A program made the translations under genes and the position numbers. From Anthoceros angustus (lineage: Eukaryota > Plantae > Anthocerotophyta), in assembly GCA_010909165.1 (NCBI GenBank), contig MU008158.1, positions 3,614,809 through 3,678,808 of the forward strand: a stretch of DNA of 64,000 nt, read 5' to 3'. Positions 51,104-64,000 of this stretch are shown here, one piece after another. The notes below the pieces were generated by a model. The model worked only from the letters and a program-made list of their open reading frames with translations. It was not told the origin of the DNA and ran no database searches. Position 1 is the stretch's first letter. Every line of letters starts with the position of its first letter.

Positions 51104-52748
51104 ATGCCGGTTGTGGATGTGTGCGAGCGGACTTGGTATCGGAGTTATCGAGGTCAGCTTTCAGAAGACCGTCATATTTCCGATGAACCATCGGTCCGTA
51201 GCCACAACGCCGTCATGGCGGGAGTATGCGCTACTGCTGCACCAGGTGATAGCAGCGACAATGGCCACGGGATATCACGCATTGAGCTTCCCCCGACGCT
51301 GGCGGAGCTCATGACTCGGGAAAACTTAGGCACCAACGCTGCGCCGGCGGCTGGGCCAGCCATCCAGAGCCACTGGAAGAAGATTCATGAATCCCGGCCG
51401 GGGGTTGAATACGCTCAACCGCCATTCGTCGGCTTCGATGAATACAGCGAGGAAGATCTTCCCGTGATCGACTTGTCATTGCTGGTTGTGGGAGATGACG
51501 CTGCTATTGCCAAAGTTGTGGATGCTGTTGCTTCCAGCTGCAGAGACTGGGGATTCTTCCAGGTGCATAACTATTAGAATTGCTCACAGGCAAGGAAGTC
51601 TGAATGTCTGAAATGCTACTGAGTGATTGTTCTCTAGACTGCAGGTTATCAATCACGGCGTTCGGAAGAAGCTTGTAAAGGAAGCAAGATTGCAGGCACA
51701 GAGGCTCTTCAACCTTCCTCTTAGACAGAAATGCAAGGCTGAGTCGGTCGGTGGCGATTCTGGTTACACATCTAGTGTGCTTCCACAGCAATCCGGGCTT
51801 CCCTGGTCCGAAGGATTCGTCATTCATCTCAGGCCCGATCCGCAGGAAAAGAATTTGTCTTACAGGCTTGGCCTGAACGATTCCGAGCATTTCTGGTAGG
51901 CCCGCCTTCGCCTGGACGTCTGAACATCAATCTCTTAGGTTATGTCTAAGTCTAAACAAGCTGGGACATCACACTTGTAAGCAGCTGAGACCAGAATTGT
52001 GCGATGCAGTGACGTGATCCGCAACTTCAATGAAGCCATGCACAAGCTGGGGATGGGGATTCTTGACTTGATCATACGAGGCTTGCCGGGAGACAACATC
52101 CGAGCTTACTTTGACGAGGCTTCCGCCAACGGGAACTACAAGGAGGTGATGAGGATGCACTTGTACCCTACATGCCCAAACCCGGAGCTCACTCAGGGGC
52201 TGGGCCCTCACACCGATCCCAACTTTCTCACAATACTTCACCAGGGCAACGTCGGCGGCCTTCAGATGTTTAGGGACGGCAGGTGGATGGCAATTCGACC
52301 AATACACAATGCGCTCTGCGTCAATATTGGAGACATGATGCAGGTAGGGTTGCTAAGCCGAGCAAAGTCTCTCACATTCTCATGGCGTAATCCGGCTAGC
52401 TAAATGCAACTGTCTATCATCCAGGTCATCACCAACGGGAGGTACAGGAGCGTGGTGCATCGCTGCGTGGTGAACAGGCTGCACGAAAGCGTGTCTATCG
52501 CCTTCATGATGTCGCCATGGTCGGACGAGGTAGAGGTTAAACCAGCGCCAGGCCTAGACAAGGTCGGTAGAGAACGCGCTCAGCAACCAATCAAGTGGGG
52601 GCCATATCGTCACGCGGCTAGAACGAAACGCCCATCTGTCGATTTCAGTGTGCCGGCTAGCGTCCGTCTTCTGACAACCACGAGTGACTGGAATTATGCA
52701 CAGGGAGACAGCAGTCGGGGCCCAAACGCAGGAAACATACACCACTAG
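51104..52748 (+). CDS. 2OG/Fe(II)-dependent dioxygenase, DOXC class (GA-oxidase-like); exons 51104-51562, 51645-51895, 52010-52343, 52425-52748; ~455 aa
   Basis: The spliced length of 1368 nt is in frame. Motifs: LPVIDLS, SCRDWGFFQ|VINHGV, LPWSEG, GPHTDPNFLTILHQ, NIGDMMQ|VITNGRYRSVVHR. The RxS position reads SVS. The true start may be further upstream. Confidence 0.9.
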
Positions 52749-53810
52749 CAGACTCCGACGGATAACTAAGCAGCGACCTAGTCCTTATGGCAACAGTAAC
52801 AGGAATCAAAAAACATGGAAAACTTGTAAACATTGTAACCCTGGCGCCACCGAGGCTGTTAGGAATGGAAGAACGTGGTGAGGAGTGACACTTGACAGCA
52901 TGGTTGCCCCGTAATTCCCGGGTAAGGAAATTCTCTACTAACCACGGACCAGCTAGGCGACATCTTACATTACGTCTAGGACTAGAAGACCCACTGCTCC
53001 GCACAGTGGAGATGAGGACCACCCACCACAAAGAAAATGCACGTTCAGATTTTTCCTGCATCCAGTCTCGTCGGATTAAGAGTTGCGGGGGAATTTCACT
53101 GTGATGGTGACGATATCCTGCACACGAACCTGGGTCATGGCTGACAGAGACCAGGAGCTACCTAGATCGTCTTGATAGTAGTCCTCTGGCTTTCAAAAAC
53201 AAAACAATACACAACGGAGTACCACCAGCCTCAACATATCCTAGACACTGAAAGCAAGCAAGTAGCAATAAACGTAAACCACACTCGAGGAGAGCAACGA
53301 CAAGAAACGAAGAGAAAAGCAGAAACATCAGACAGCGGGCGAGTGACAGGTTAGAAGACCACAAGTTGAACTTCGCGAAACAGTAAGAGCTACATAGAGG
53401 ACTTGAATCCGCAGGGCCAGATTCCATAATGTTCAGCAATACCGGAGATATTGACAGCATATACCTTTACCTGTTCTGGACTCATCTTGCACCCAGTTCT
53501 GACTGGATAGCAGAAACTCTACCAAACCAAGATCCTGAGAGACAAACAATAACCACAGGCCACAATCTGGACAAAAGTTGGGCGTGTTGGACAGCCACAG
53601 CAAGGCACATAGGCTAACACACGCTAAGCTTAAGTAACATGCAAGCCCCTGCAAGGCCTCTACGCCCAAAAGGCCCGAGGTTGCTCCCTTGCGCAAAAGG
53701 AGGCTTGGCTTCACTTGACTTCAGAGTCCTCCCTCCCCCGGTGCTCCGCCACGGCAGGCGGAGCAGGGGAGGGAAGAAAAACTCAGCCGCCGAGGTCCAC
53801 AGCCTCAGTT

Positions 53811-54321
53811 TCACCAGTTCCTTGATCCGGCGCCTCCGCCGAAGCTGTTCCCACCGCCGTACGACCCTCCACGGCCGCCGCTGCGCTCACCGCTTCCATA
53901 GCCACCGCCGCCGCCGCCACTGGAGCCGTTGTAGCGGCTGCCGCCTCCGCTTCCTCCCCGCTGGGTAGCCCCACCGCCGCCGCCATAGCGGCTCCCGCCG
54001 CCGCCGCCACCGTAACCCCGCTCCTACCGCCGCCGCCGCCACCACCGCCCCCGCCGCCGCCTCCGCGGACTGTGCCTGGTTCACTGTAATGTTCCGGCCG
54101 TCGAGCTCCTTGCCGTTCATGGACTCGATGGCGTCCTTCATGGACTGCTCGTGCGCGAAGGTGACGAAGCCGAAGCCCCGGGACCTGTCCGTCTCCCGGT
54201 CCTTGATCACCTTCGACTCCACCACCTCCCCGAAGGGCCGGAAGGCGTCCTCCAAGCGGCCGTCGTCGGTGGCCCAGGCCAGGCCTCCGACGAAGCAGCG
54301 GAACTCAGCAACATCAGCCAT
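53811..54321 (-). CDS. Glycine-rich RNA-binding protein (RRM plus Gly-rich tail, GRP7/GRP8-like), intronless; apparent frameshift(s) in the GGC-rich tail
   Basis: RNP2 CFVGGL and RNP1 RGFGFVTF; ITVNQAQS. An alternative frame gives a G/Y/S/R-rich tail ending ...GSRNW-TGA (53813-53811). Confidence 0.9.
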
Positions 54322-54493
54322 AGCTGTGCGTCAGCTACGCCGCCCGGCTACCAGCACCAGCCAAACAGCACCGGTACCCCAGCAGCAGCGAGCGCGGCAG
54401 AGCGCAAGACGAGAGCCACCACAACCACCTCTCCTACCAGCAGCAGCACACCAGCAAGTGATCCATGCCTCCCACAAATATCAGGCTGAGTTC

Positions 54494-54545
54494 TAGGGTT
54501 TCCTCGCCCATCCTCTTTTTCGAAATTCTACCTTCTTAGGGTTTT
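54494..54545 (-). promoter_or_regulatory. Two telo-box (AAACCCTA) motifs upstream of the glycine-rich RBP gene
   Basis: TAGGGTTT at ~54494 and ~54538, about 170-225 bp upstream of the ATG. Telo-boxes are common in plant RNA-processing and translation gene promoters. Confidence 0.5.
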
Positions 54546-57500
54546 GGTACGTCCCCTTTCCCCCGCTCTACGCCCTCCTTTTTCGGGTCTCGGCCCCGGG
54601 GCGTAACGCCGGACCTAACTCAGATTCCCTCTAAAGATGCCAAGACAAATTTGCCAGCTACTTCATTACCTTAATCGACTTCCCATCCGACCGTTAATCC
54701 TGTCCCGATGTTCTACTAATCCTCGAGTTATGTGCTGATTAAGAATTTGTTTTTCTACGTAGGTATTGCTTACAACATGATGTTAAGGAAGCTTGTAGAA
54801 GTGACACTTTCCACTTATCCAGCCTAAAGTGAATATTTTTGTGAAAATCAGCCACCATCTTACCATCAACAAAGTAAATAGGTTCAAATTTATATGGTGT
54901 CGTGTCACTAATACTGTTTGAGAATATAATGGTGAGGGTTCAAACTCAAACAAATATATAGGAACAATTGTTATCATGTCTGGATACAAACTAAAACCCT
55001 ATTTGTAGATGACACTCTTGATTAGGTGCAAGTTTCAGTGTGGGAAAAGATGTTTTGGAGGTTTTTTTCTATTCTCTTCCACTTAGTTAGAAAAACTAGA
55101 TTGTAAGTAAAATTACTATTGTACAGTCTAAATATTCATATGAATGGTGTTTTAAAGGAGAAGAGATGGGATAAGCCCATCTACCTTTGAAAGGCCAACA
55201 TCGGAGACCCCAAGGGCTAGTGTAAGAGGGAGCAACCAAGCTTTAATTTTATTATTGCCTATAGCTCTTACAATGTCATAAGGCCTATAAATAATAGAGG
55301 TAGTGGGAATGGCATCACTTAATGTCATTGTCATCCTGAGCATGGCTAAATCATGAATACACATGTAAGTCACTCACCTCTGTTTTTTACATTGTTATCA
55401 TATCTTGATACAAACTGAAACCCAATCCTTGGGTGACACTATTGATTTTACTTTACTTTACTTCATTTGAATAGGTGCACGTCTCAATTTCTCGAGAGAT
55501 CTTTAGAGTTTTTTTCTAGTTTTTTCTACTCCATTGCTCTCATAGCTTCTTGCAAGTTCTACTTTTCACTCTTGGTGTCTAGCTCCTTGGCAATGTCACT
55601 ACGAGTCCTCTTGCAAATTGATCCGCTTTCCTCTCTTTAAATTGTCATAAAAGATACAACAAAATGAACTACAATAATTTATTATTATCATTCCTAAAAA
55701 TAATATATTTTAAAATATAATGAAAATTAATTTTATAGATAGATACTCCAAACTTTCATGAACTACTTAATAGAAGCCTTTATCCTTTATTTCATAAAAT
55801 AAATTAAATGAAATGAAAATAATCCCGAACAAAACAAAAAGACTTTTCTTGAGGATATTGTTCTTGAAGGATTTTGTTCCCAAACCTTTCCATCTGTCAA
55901 TGACCTTTACAGCTATTTGAACATTTTGGTGGACTATAATAGACTTCTTCTTCTTCTTCCAAATTGATAAGCATGAATAATCCAATAGATGTTCCTTCTG
56001 GTGGTCAGTCCGAATGTCCAGTTGGCTGGTTGGGGGCAGAACTTAAAGTGGTTGTCGGTCCACTTCGGTGGTCACTTGAACGAAATTTTTCTTGCTCTTT
56101 GGTAAAATTCTCCTCCTTTTACTAATCCTTGAGGAATGCATCGTGTAAAGTTAAACTAAATTCAATAAATATCTCACTAGTTAGAAAACGCAAAAAATAA
56201 CTACCGTTGTCAAACGGTTATCTAACATTGCAACTTCAACAAAGCATTATCCAACAAGACAACTTCAACACCTGTTACATAAGGAAAACAAAAGTATTGA
56301 AGAAAAGAAGCACACCCCAGCACAACCGGTCACGTGACCCAATGGATAAGGCTCACCCTCTGCAGCAACAGATTGCGGGGTTTGAGTCTCGCTATGATTA
56401 TGATTGGTAGGTACATCTTGTATATTGCTTGTCAGGGTAAGGTGGTAGGCATTGCTATCTATGTAATCTCATTATATGATACTCTGAATTCTCCCCGCGA
56501 AAAGAAACACACCACATAGAAAAGTTTGAAACACACTACATAAAGAAGTTCTAAGAAGGTGATTCTAAAGCTAAAAAGACATACGAAATGATTAACATGA
56601 AAAAGCAGCGAAAAGAAAGAAACACACCACATAGAAAAGTTCTAAGAAGGTGATTCTAAGGCTATACATTTACAAAACAACTAACTTTGGATCAACGAGC
56701 CAATATTTCAAGGGTGTAAAAGAAGGGATGTTTTTTTGCAATCTATTATCTTGTCGGAAAACACATGTTATGAAGTCAATATACAACACTACGTATGAAC
56801 TACCAGAATATTAGTTAATAACAAATAATGTAGAATAAAACTTAGGACGACTGCAAGACATTTTGTTGAAAGGGAAATGTAAAAGTCCAAATCTGCAATC
56901 ACCATAGGGATGACATTAAACTATAGTAAGACCTTAAAGAGCAAACTTTCTTTCAAGTGTTATCCCCAAATATACTAAGTAATTCAAGCCTACGCGAAGA
57001 GATTCAATTCTGTCTAAAGATTGTATGATAAGCTCCGAGTACACAAGGCTTTGAATATACAATTTAACATTGATGAAGAGAAGGTGGATGACATCACTAT
57101 GCCACTTTGTCTAGTGAGTTCGACAAATCCAAATTAGATGAACCTATGAAGCAGCAAGCCAATAGCTTGCCCACCCTCCACGATAGCATGAGCATCTGCT
57201 CAACATCCTTAAGGAATAACCTAGGAAGGTGTGAGCTTGAGCAACCACAAAACACACTTGGACAAACTCTCTCTCCAAGCCCTGGCTGACACCAAATTTT
57301 TCTTGCAAATTTATCACTAAAATAATTAAAAAAAGAGTTTATAGTGCAGTTCCTTAAACGACAAGCCTCTTTGGCCATGATCCGTACGGAGTTAACGCCT
57401 TGCAAGACTAGGGCTGGGAAAGAAGGCTCCTCGGAAACTCACTGTGATAGGAGACCCACCTCGACAAGAAACCCACCTTGATATGTAGGTGCATATGTTG

Positions 57501-57757
57501 GCTACCTATTTTGCGCTTTTGTACCTTGTTTAAACGCGCAAATGTGGAAGTGGATATTTTCTCGATTACTTGATAAAGAGGGTAGAAGTAAGCGGGCGTA
57601 ACACCCTATCTATCGACTGCGGAATATTTGGTGGATTGGTGGTATCAGTGGGAAATGATAGAGGGTGCAGTTCAGTAGTAGTGCGTGCTTCAGTGGTGCA
57701 TCTCTGTGCGCCGGGCTCTTTTTTGCATTCGGCGATCTCGCGCTCCTGAGGACGTCG

Positions 57758-58497
57758 ATGGACCCCGATTCTCTGTCCAAGGCCTTTGTCGAGCACTACT
57801 ACAGCACGTTTGATGTCAACAGGGGGGGCCTCATAGGCCTGTACCAGGACAATTCTATGCTCACCTTTGAGGGCGAGAAGATCATGGGGGCCCAGAACAT
57901 CGCGGCCAAGCTCAACAGCCTGCCCTTTCCTCAGTGCAAGCACACCATCACCACCGTGGACTGCCAGCCCTCGGGCCCCGTCAACGGCATGCTCGTCTTC
58001 GTCAGCGGCTCTTTGATGCTCCCGGGCGAGAGCCACCAGCTCAAATTCAGCCAGGTAACCAGCTCATTCCACACGCCTGCGATTCTGTTAAAATGGGGTT
58101 CCAATCTTCCTGTGCCGTTGCGTCTTGCCTGGGTTTTCTTGTCTGATCTTTATTTGGCTCTTGGCAAACCTATCGGTCCTCCGTGTTAGGGCATCCCGAA
58201 TGAGAGTGGATGTTCCGCTCGATTGCGGAGGCGGTGATTGCGTCCCTGGCCAGTTGCTTAGGGCTTGCGATAACAGCCGTGGTGTCTTGAAAGCCTTATG
58301 CTGGGGTTTTTGGTTGATTGCTGCTGGAAGGCATAGTCTTGTGCTGCTATTGCTGTCCCTTGTATCAGCACTTGACTGCTTCCGCTTTAGGGTTCGATCT
58401 TTGACTGTGCTCTGTTGTGCAGATGTTCCACTTGTTACCTTCCAGTGGAGGAAGTTTCTACGTCCTCAACGATATCTTCCGGCTGAATCTGACGTAG
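57758..58497 (+). CDS. NTF2: Nuclear transport factor 2; exons 57758-58054 and 58423-58497; 123 aa
   Basis: MDPDSLSKAFVEHYYSTFD...LYQDNSMLTFEG...TVDCQPSGP...VFVSG...LKFSQ|MFHLLP...FYVLNDIFRLN, with one GT-AG intron. Confidence 0.95.
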
Positions 58498-59636
58498 ACA
58501 AGCTGCTTCCCTGCAGCAGAACACTACATAGCGGGTTGTGCAACTTTGATGATTTTTTTTTTTTTGCAGTGGCACATCAAGTCAGTGGATTATCCAGATG
58601 AAGCTGTTTTGAAATAAGGACCTCTCAAGGCGTGCAGTTTAGAAGTGTGACCTTGGGTCTAGCTATGGGAATGGTATTGTCATGCCAATCTTCAGTCACC
58701 ACAAATTTTCCAGCTGAACTCCCTGTTTCAAATGTGGTTCAAATAAGGATCTATGTACCGGATTCCAGACTCGATGTCTGACTATTGGAAAGGAATGCAT
58801 GTTTCTACGCCAATGTCTTCACCTTGTTTACAGGCTATCAGCCTCCGCCATTGGGGTGTTCTCCGCATGACCATGAGCCATCATGTGGTACTAAAGTGCT
58901 CTTTTAAGTTGGTGGGTGTCACAAGGATGAGGATCTGGGTCTCCGTCCTTGAAAGACCAACTCTCCACCTCATTGATGTGATCCACCAATAAGCTCTCGT
59001 CCGGAGGCAACTTCTTTATGGCGTCTGCTTCCAGTTAGCTGCCACTAAAGAGCACACGAAATACACAAGATACTCAGCCCTTGGGCACACAAGTGGAATT
59101 GACGTACGTCGAGGCGCACATGGCAGACTCAGCTGGGCCCCCTTCTCCGTAGCGTTCACTCATCACGCAGGCTCTCTCTCTTTGGAAGCTTGCCCTGCAA
59201 GACACTAGGGTTATGTTCCATCACTTTCATGAAGCCTGCTGCATGGACAGTACTTCACCATCCTCATACTGTCCTTCTCGGACAGCATGGGGCGAAGCAA
59301 CTTGCAAGTGTACATCCGCAGCGGCAGAAAGGCATTTAAATTATCTGCTCCAAGTCCAGTACACAGCACGAGCACTAGTTGACAGCATCCTTTGTATCCC
59401 ATGCTTGCTTTCACACACTCCGAATCCTACAGAAAGCTTGTTTCCATAGTCTACAGAGCCTTGAATTAATGATACTCACGAGAACCCACATGTCTGATCA
59501 ACGAATGACACAAAGTACAAAGCGATGTCTTGAGAGGGACTCGGCCTATGAATCACTTACAAGGTACATTAGCAGAAAAGTGGCTTGACAGGTGATACTA
59601 GAATGGGAAAAGCTTTGAGGGTCCCCAGGATTGTGA

Positions 59637-61542
59637 TCAAAGCAAGGCTGGGTTCTGTGACTCCAGTTTAGTGGGTGACTCATTCTCAGGGATCTCAACA
59701 AGCTCGCCATCGGATGAATTGTCACTAGCTTCCCTCGAAAGATTTTGAAGCTTGTCTGTGGTATTGGATGGGTGCCCTGGATTGACTTTATCATCTTCAC
59801 CATCACTGTCAAGGGCCTGAAAGGCAGGTATCAAACTTCCAAAGTAAGGAGAAATGGCTGAGCCTCTACTCAGGTCTGTCAACTCCCAGGTTAGTAAAGG
59901 TGTATTCATTCTGATGACGACGGCTGTTAGTCTCAACTTACTTTGTCAAAGTCATCATCAAAATCGGGATCATCATCTGCATCTGTGGGCAAAACAAAAC
60001 ACACAATCATCAGAATCACTTCCATCAACAACCTGACTTCATAACACAACAGCTTTCCTCATCTGCGCGCCACTCAGAAGATTAACAAGTCCATAATGAG
60101 CTAACATACCATGTCCTTCGTCAGCACTGTCCGCACCAAGAAGATAAGCATCCAGCTCTTGGTCTGCGCTTCTTTCGCCAACAACTTTGGTGGCCACTGG
60201 CTTGTCAACCTCCACACTTATGGAAGTTTCCGGTACAGCTGTAGTGTTTGAAACTCCTTTGTTTGCGACAGCGAGAACCTTCTCTGCCTTCCTCTCTTCC
60301 TCTTCTTTGACCAGTTTTGCTGCAGCTGTGCGCTCCAGGTACTTTGCCTCATACCTTGCATAAGGCAAAAATGTCAGCAAAGCTAGCAGCCAAGGCAGAA
60401 ATCTGCGCAAGCAATAGCTCCAAGGTAACAGAAAGTCTTTAATGAGAAAATAATCTTACGGTGCCACAAGGTTCTTCACCAAAATGAAGTAAATTCTCCA
60501 GAAACGGTTCTCCTTCATTCGCCGTGGACAGAGCACATACCGAAAATCAGACATTTCCTGGCACAGCATCCCACCATCATCAGGTCCCAGCTGAACAAAG
60601 GAAACTGAAAGGAAGTAGACGATACACTGCATATGGGAGGGAGGTTATATACTGGAACACTGGCGAGAACCAGTACTGCATGCCGCTCCTGCCACTCTGG
60701 GAGATCCTGTCTTGTCGTGATTGCCACGTCCACTCCCTCACTCTGCTGCTTGGCTATCATAACAGAACCAGTGAGCCATAAGCATTGCTGTAACCTCACA
60801 AGCATGTACAGATTGCCAACAAGAAGGTCTACTTCTGCAGCCCTTTACGCAAAGTCATTTGTACTTCCTGCTGTGTACTAAAATCTGCATGCTTCTACAG
60901 AAACCATCCAATTGAGCAACGGCACACGTTAACTTTCCCTGAATATCACTGATCAAGCGTATTGACCAGTGCACTCAACTTGGTCAGTGCATTCAGGGAG
61001 CGTAACAATCCACCAGCTTTGTTTTACACTAAGTAGACCAAAAGCATGACCAACCTAGCTGTTCTGGACAACAGATGAGACCTGTCAATCCACTCTCCTA
61101 CACTACATGTACAGGCTCCATCCGAGAAAACCCGCTCCCCGTAATCAAAATAGAGAGGCAAAGCCTTGCACTCACCATCGTACTCCGCCAGAGGAAATTC
61201 CTTGAACGTGTTGATGGTAAGACCCCGTACAAACTCACGGAGATCAGAAGTTATTCCAAACTCTTCAAGCTCGGCATCCGTGGGAGGTGAGGCAGGTGAA
61301 GGTGAAGACGACAGCTCGCCTGCCATTTTGGAAGCAGCAGAGGCAAAAGAAGGGGGCAACTCGCCTGCCATCTTCTTCAGCTCGTCCGCCTTCTTGGTAG
61401 CCTCCACAGCAATTTCCTTGGATCGCTTCGCAGTCTCCAGAGCAATCTCCTGCGAGAACTTGGCTGCTTCCAACGCTATCTCCTGAGACTTTTTGGCCGT
61501 CTCCTGGGCAAAGACTTTTGCTTTCTGGAACAAGATATCCAT
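59637..61542 (-). CDS. BSD domain-containing protein (multi-exon; 3' end approximate)
   Basis: Exon 1 is 61542-61176 (...ELEEFGITSDLREFVRGLTINTFKEFP). Later exons give WQERHAVLVL, the BSD core LCPRRMKENRFWRIYF, and an acidic tail (DQELDAYLLG, DDDFDK). Confidence 0.85.
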
Positions 61543-62003
61543 GGCGCTGCAACGAATCACCTAGCTCTGCTCCTTCCGGTAATCTGATTCCAAAATGCGC
61601 TACAATTGACCCCCTTGCATGGATCTACTGCTCAGACAGCACAACACGACCATGTGCTGCCTGAGCAGCCAGCATCAAACCGCCTGCAGCGCGACCGGCA
61701 GCAGCAGCCTTCTCAGAGTCAGCACAATCTTCACGGCGCAGGACATGCATCAAATGCCCAGCAAAAACACCGTGTCCACCGTAGCTAATCCGAGCGCAAA
61801 GAGGCTACCCTGATGATGCACAGGGGCGGAATTATCCTGCTTCGAGAGCGGAACTCGGGAAACGGGGCCACCCATATGACGATTATAGGACCTAAGCACT
61901 GGCAGGACGCACTGAAGTTTATCTCACATGCAGTCGTAAATTTCCGTGCTTGCCCACTTGGAATGAAGAAATCGGAGCCCGCCTGAGTGGTCCCTGCCGA
62001 GCC

Positions 62004-64000
62004 ATGGAGGAGGATGGCGATGCAGCAGAGTTGCTGCAGCGGGTCCAGCAGGCGCTGGTGGGCGGGGGCTACTACCGCGCAGGCATCTCCTCGCTCTCCG
62101 CCTTTGACAAGCTCACGGGGGGCCTGGCCTGGTGCATCACTGCCTCCAACGTGGATGTGGACTTCGACGTCTTCTTTGACGACGACGCCACCCTTGGTGA
62201 AAAGATGTGTGTGCAATCTCTCCTGAACCCACCAGCAGCAATGTTGCGTGTGGGCTGATTTGTCCGAGGTTTGAGGGGGTTCGCCTAGACAGTGGTTGTG
62301 GATGTCCAGCTTCTGCGGCCATGAGGTTGAGTAATTTGTGGGTCAGGAAGTGTGTCCTGAGATTATGGGTGCATACTGTGGTGATTGCAACCTGAAACTG
62401 ATAATTCAAGACTTTGTCAACTCAGAAAAGTGGGAGAAGCCATCGAATCAGCCTTGCAGAGAATGGGATGCCCTTTTCCCCTACAAGCTCATCAGATCCA
62501 GGGCCTGGATTTCAAGGCAGTCTTCCCAGTTGTGCAATGGCTTGTCAAGCGTGTTCAGGCTACAAGGGAGGAACGGGGTGATCTGGTTGGTGTCCAGATG
62601 GGTCAGAATTAAGCTAGATGGATGTATTGGACCCCCTATAGATTTCAATGTCTAATTCTCTGACATTCTTTACCAGGAAGCTTCACTGACCTTTTGTATG
62701 TTGGCAGCTTCGGAGATATGCTCTTTTCTGGTTTCGTGAGCATTATGACCTGCCTGAGGAAGTATGTTCTCAGTCTTCCAGGCTGTTATTGGTGCAGAGC
62801 TTTCAAGGCTGATTGGCTTCTGGTTTATTGCCTTACGTCGTGGTGGATGTTTCACCAGCATAATTCTGGTGTTCTCATGTGAACCAGGCAAGATTTAACA
62901 CTGCACCCTCTCAGAGGACACGTCGCCTGTACCGTCGTGCCAGGTATGTTGTGTCACTCGTTTTCCAGCCAATTCTATTGTGACAGTGTAATCTTTACTG
63001 TGTTTGTTGTTTTTGAAGTTGTAGCTTATTGTTTCTGATTGCTGCTGATGGTTTACTTTCCTAGAAATACACCACCTCCAGCTAATCGCATGGACCGGGT
63101 TCGATCTACTTTGCTAGAGTATGGTCATCAGATACCTAGGTAGGTCTGCATTTTTGTTGCTCAGGTAGCAGCGGAAGCTCTCTGTCCATTTTCCCATAGG
63201 TATCGTGTAATGTGTGTTTGACAATGTGCCTGTGATTCAGAATTGACATGGCTGACGTAGAGCAGCCTGTGCTAGAAGAGTGGACAGAATCAGAAGACCT
63301 GCAGTTGTCAACACATGGAGCTCTTGGCAGTGTATGTCAACTATACTGCAGGTACATCTTTGACTGATCTGTTCCCATTATGTCCGCTTGAACTTCCGTT
63401 CTTCTTGCAGGCCGTTCATCTTGCTGATTTCCGACAGCTACTGGGAACCCTCTCGAAGGCCAATGATGGAACTTTATCTGGTCGAACAGTGTAAGCTATT
63501 CCGATTACTGTATGTGCGTTTTGGAAGGGTTCCCGAGTCTTCATATGTTGGAAGAATGTAGTTTCTTTCGCACTGAGAGCCTTTCTTCCTTCATTCTGGC
63601 AGGCGCCGCATTGTAGAACTAGGGTCAGAGGACATTCATGCTGCGTCATCAAAGTACTCTCAACCAACTGCAGGGAGCAATGCAGACCAACACCAGGCAT
63701 GTGCTCAGTGAATTGTTGCAATTTTAGTGTGGCGACTATTTGAAGAACTCAAGAATGACATTCAGTAGCATGAAAAAAAGGTACACAATTCTGATTAGTT
63801 TTGTTTTGATGGCCAGCAAATTACAACACTCAATAGACAGATAGATTTGCAGAGAGAGCGCATCGAACGTCTCGATGCTGAGCAGGAGTCATGGGGCCAG
63901 AAATTTGAGACTGCTGCACAATCATTGAGAAAGCAGGTGTGTTGCTGGCCAGGAACGTTGAGGTGAATTTTTGTACTGCTGTTTGACGATGCGGTAGCAT
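62004..64000 (+). CDS. CCDC93: Coiled-coil domain-containing protein 93 homologue (CCC/Commander complex); multi-exon, 3' end beyond the window
   Basis: GGYYRAGISSLSAFDKLTGGLAWCIT and GEAIESALQRMGCPFPLQAHQIQGLDFKAVFPVVQWLVK match the CCDC93 N-terminal domain; further short exons reach the window edge. Confidence 0.88.

Noticed and set aside
54780-57500. AT-rich intergenic region with short imperfect direct repeats (~54975/55400 and ~56500/56620)
   Set aside because: Possibly decayed transposon sequence, but no terminal repeats, TSD or coding motif could be supported.
1-64000. CRISPR arrays, rRNA and tRNA genes
   Set aside because: No repeat-spacer array or recognisable structural RNA was seen; tRNA-complementary 12-mers are retroelement PBSs.

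Overview
Eukaryotic nuclear DNA from a compact-genome, probably non-seed land plant. The ~80-120 bp GT-AG introns, ~50% GC genes and PLS-class PPR relic suggest a hornwort or Selaginella, but the species cannot be fixed from sequence alone. Left flank (1-7.6 kb): a decayed PPR gene, a 3-exon DOXC 2-oxoglutarate/Fe(II) dioxygenase with a 1.7 kb tandem duplication that leaves a 5'-truncated second copy, and an intronless coclaurine-N-methyltransferase-like gene. Middle (~8-45 kb): nested LTR retroelements. These include a Ty3/gypsy gag-pol whose integrase appears to end in a PHD finger, and a very young 19.2 kb element with 161 bp LTRs and a perfect TTCTC target-site duplication. That element has no recognisable gag-pol of its own but carries a sense ORF, a long antisense ORF and two Ty1/copia units; a second member of the antisense-ORF family lies at 9.7-12.7 kb. 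Right flank (47-64 kb): a WAT1/UMAMIT transporter, a second 2OG dioxygenase, a glycine-rich RRM protein, NTF2, a BSD-domain protein and CCDC93 (runs off the window). Caveat: repeats are full of 1-3 bp indels while single-copy genes are mostly clean, which looks like uncorrected long-read error. Many frameshifts and some tandem duplications may therefore be assembly artefacts. No rRNA, tRNA or CRISPR array was found. No database searches were run; all homology calls are by eye from motifs.
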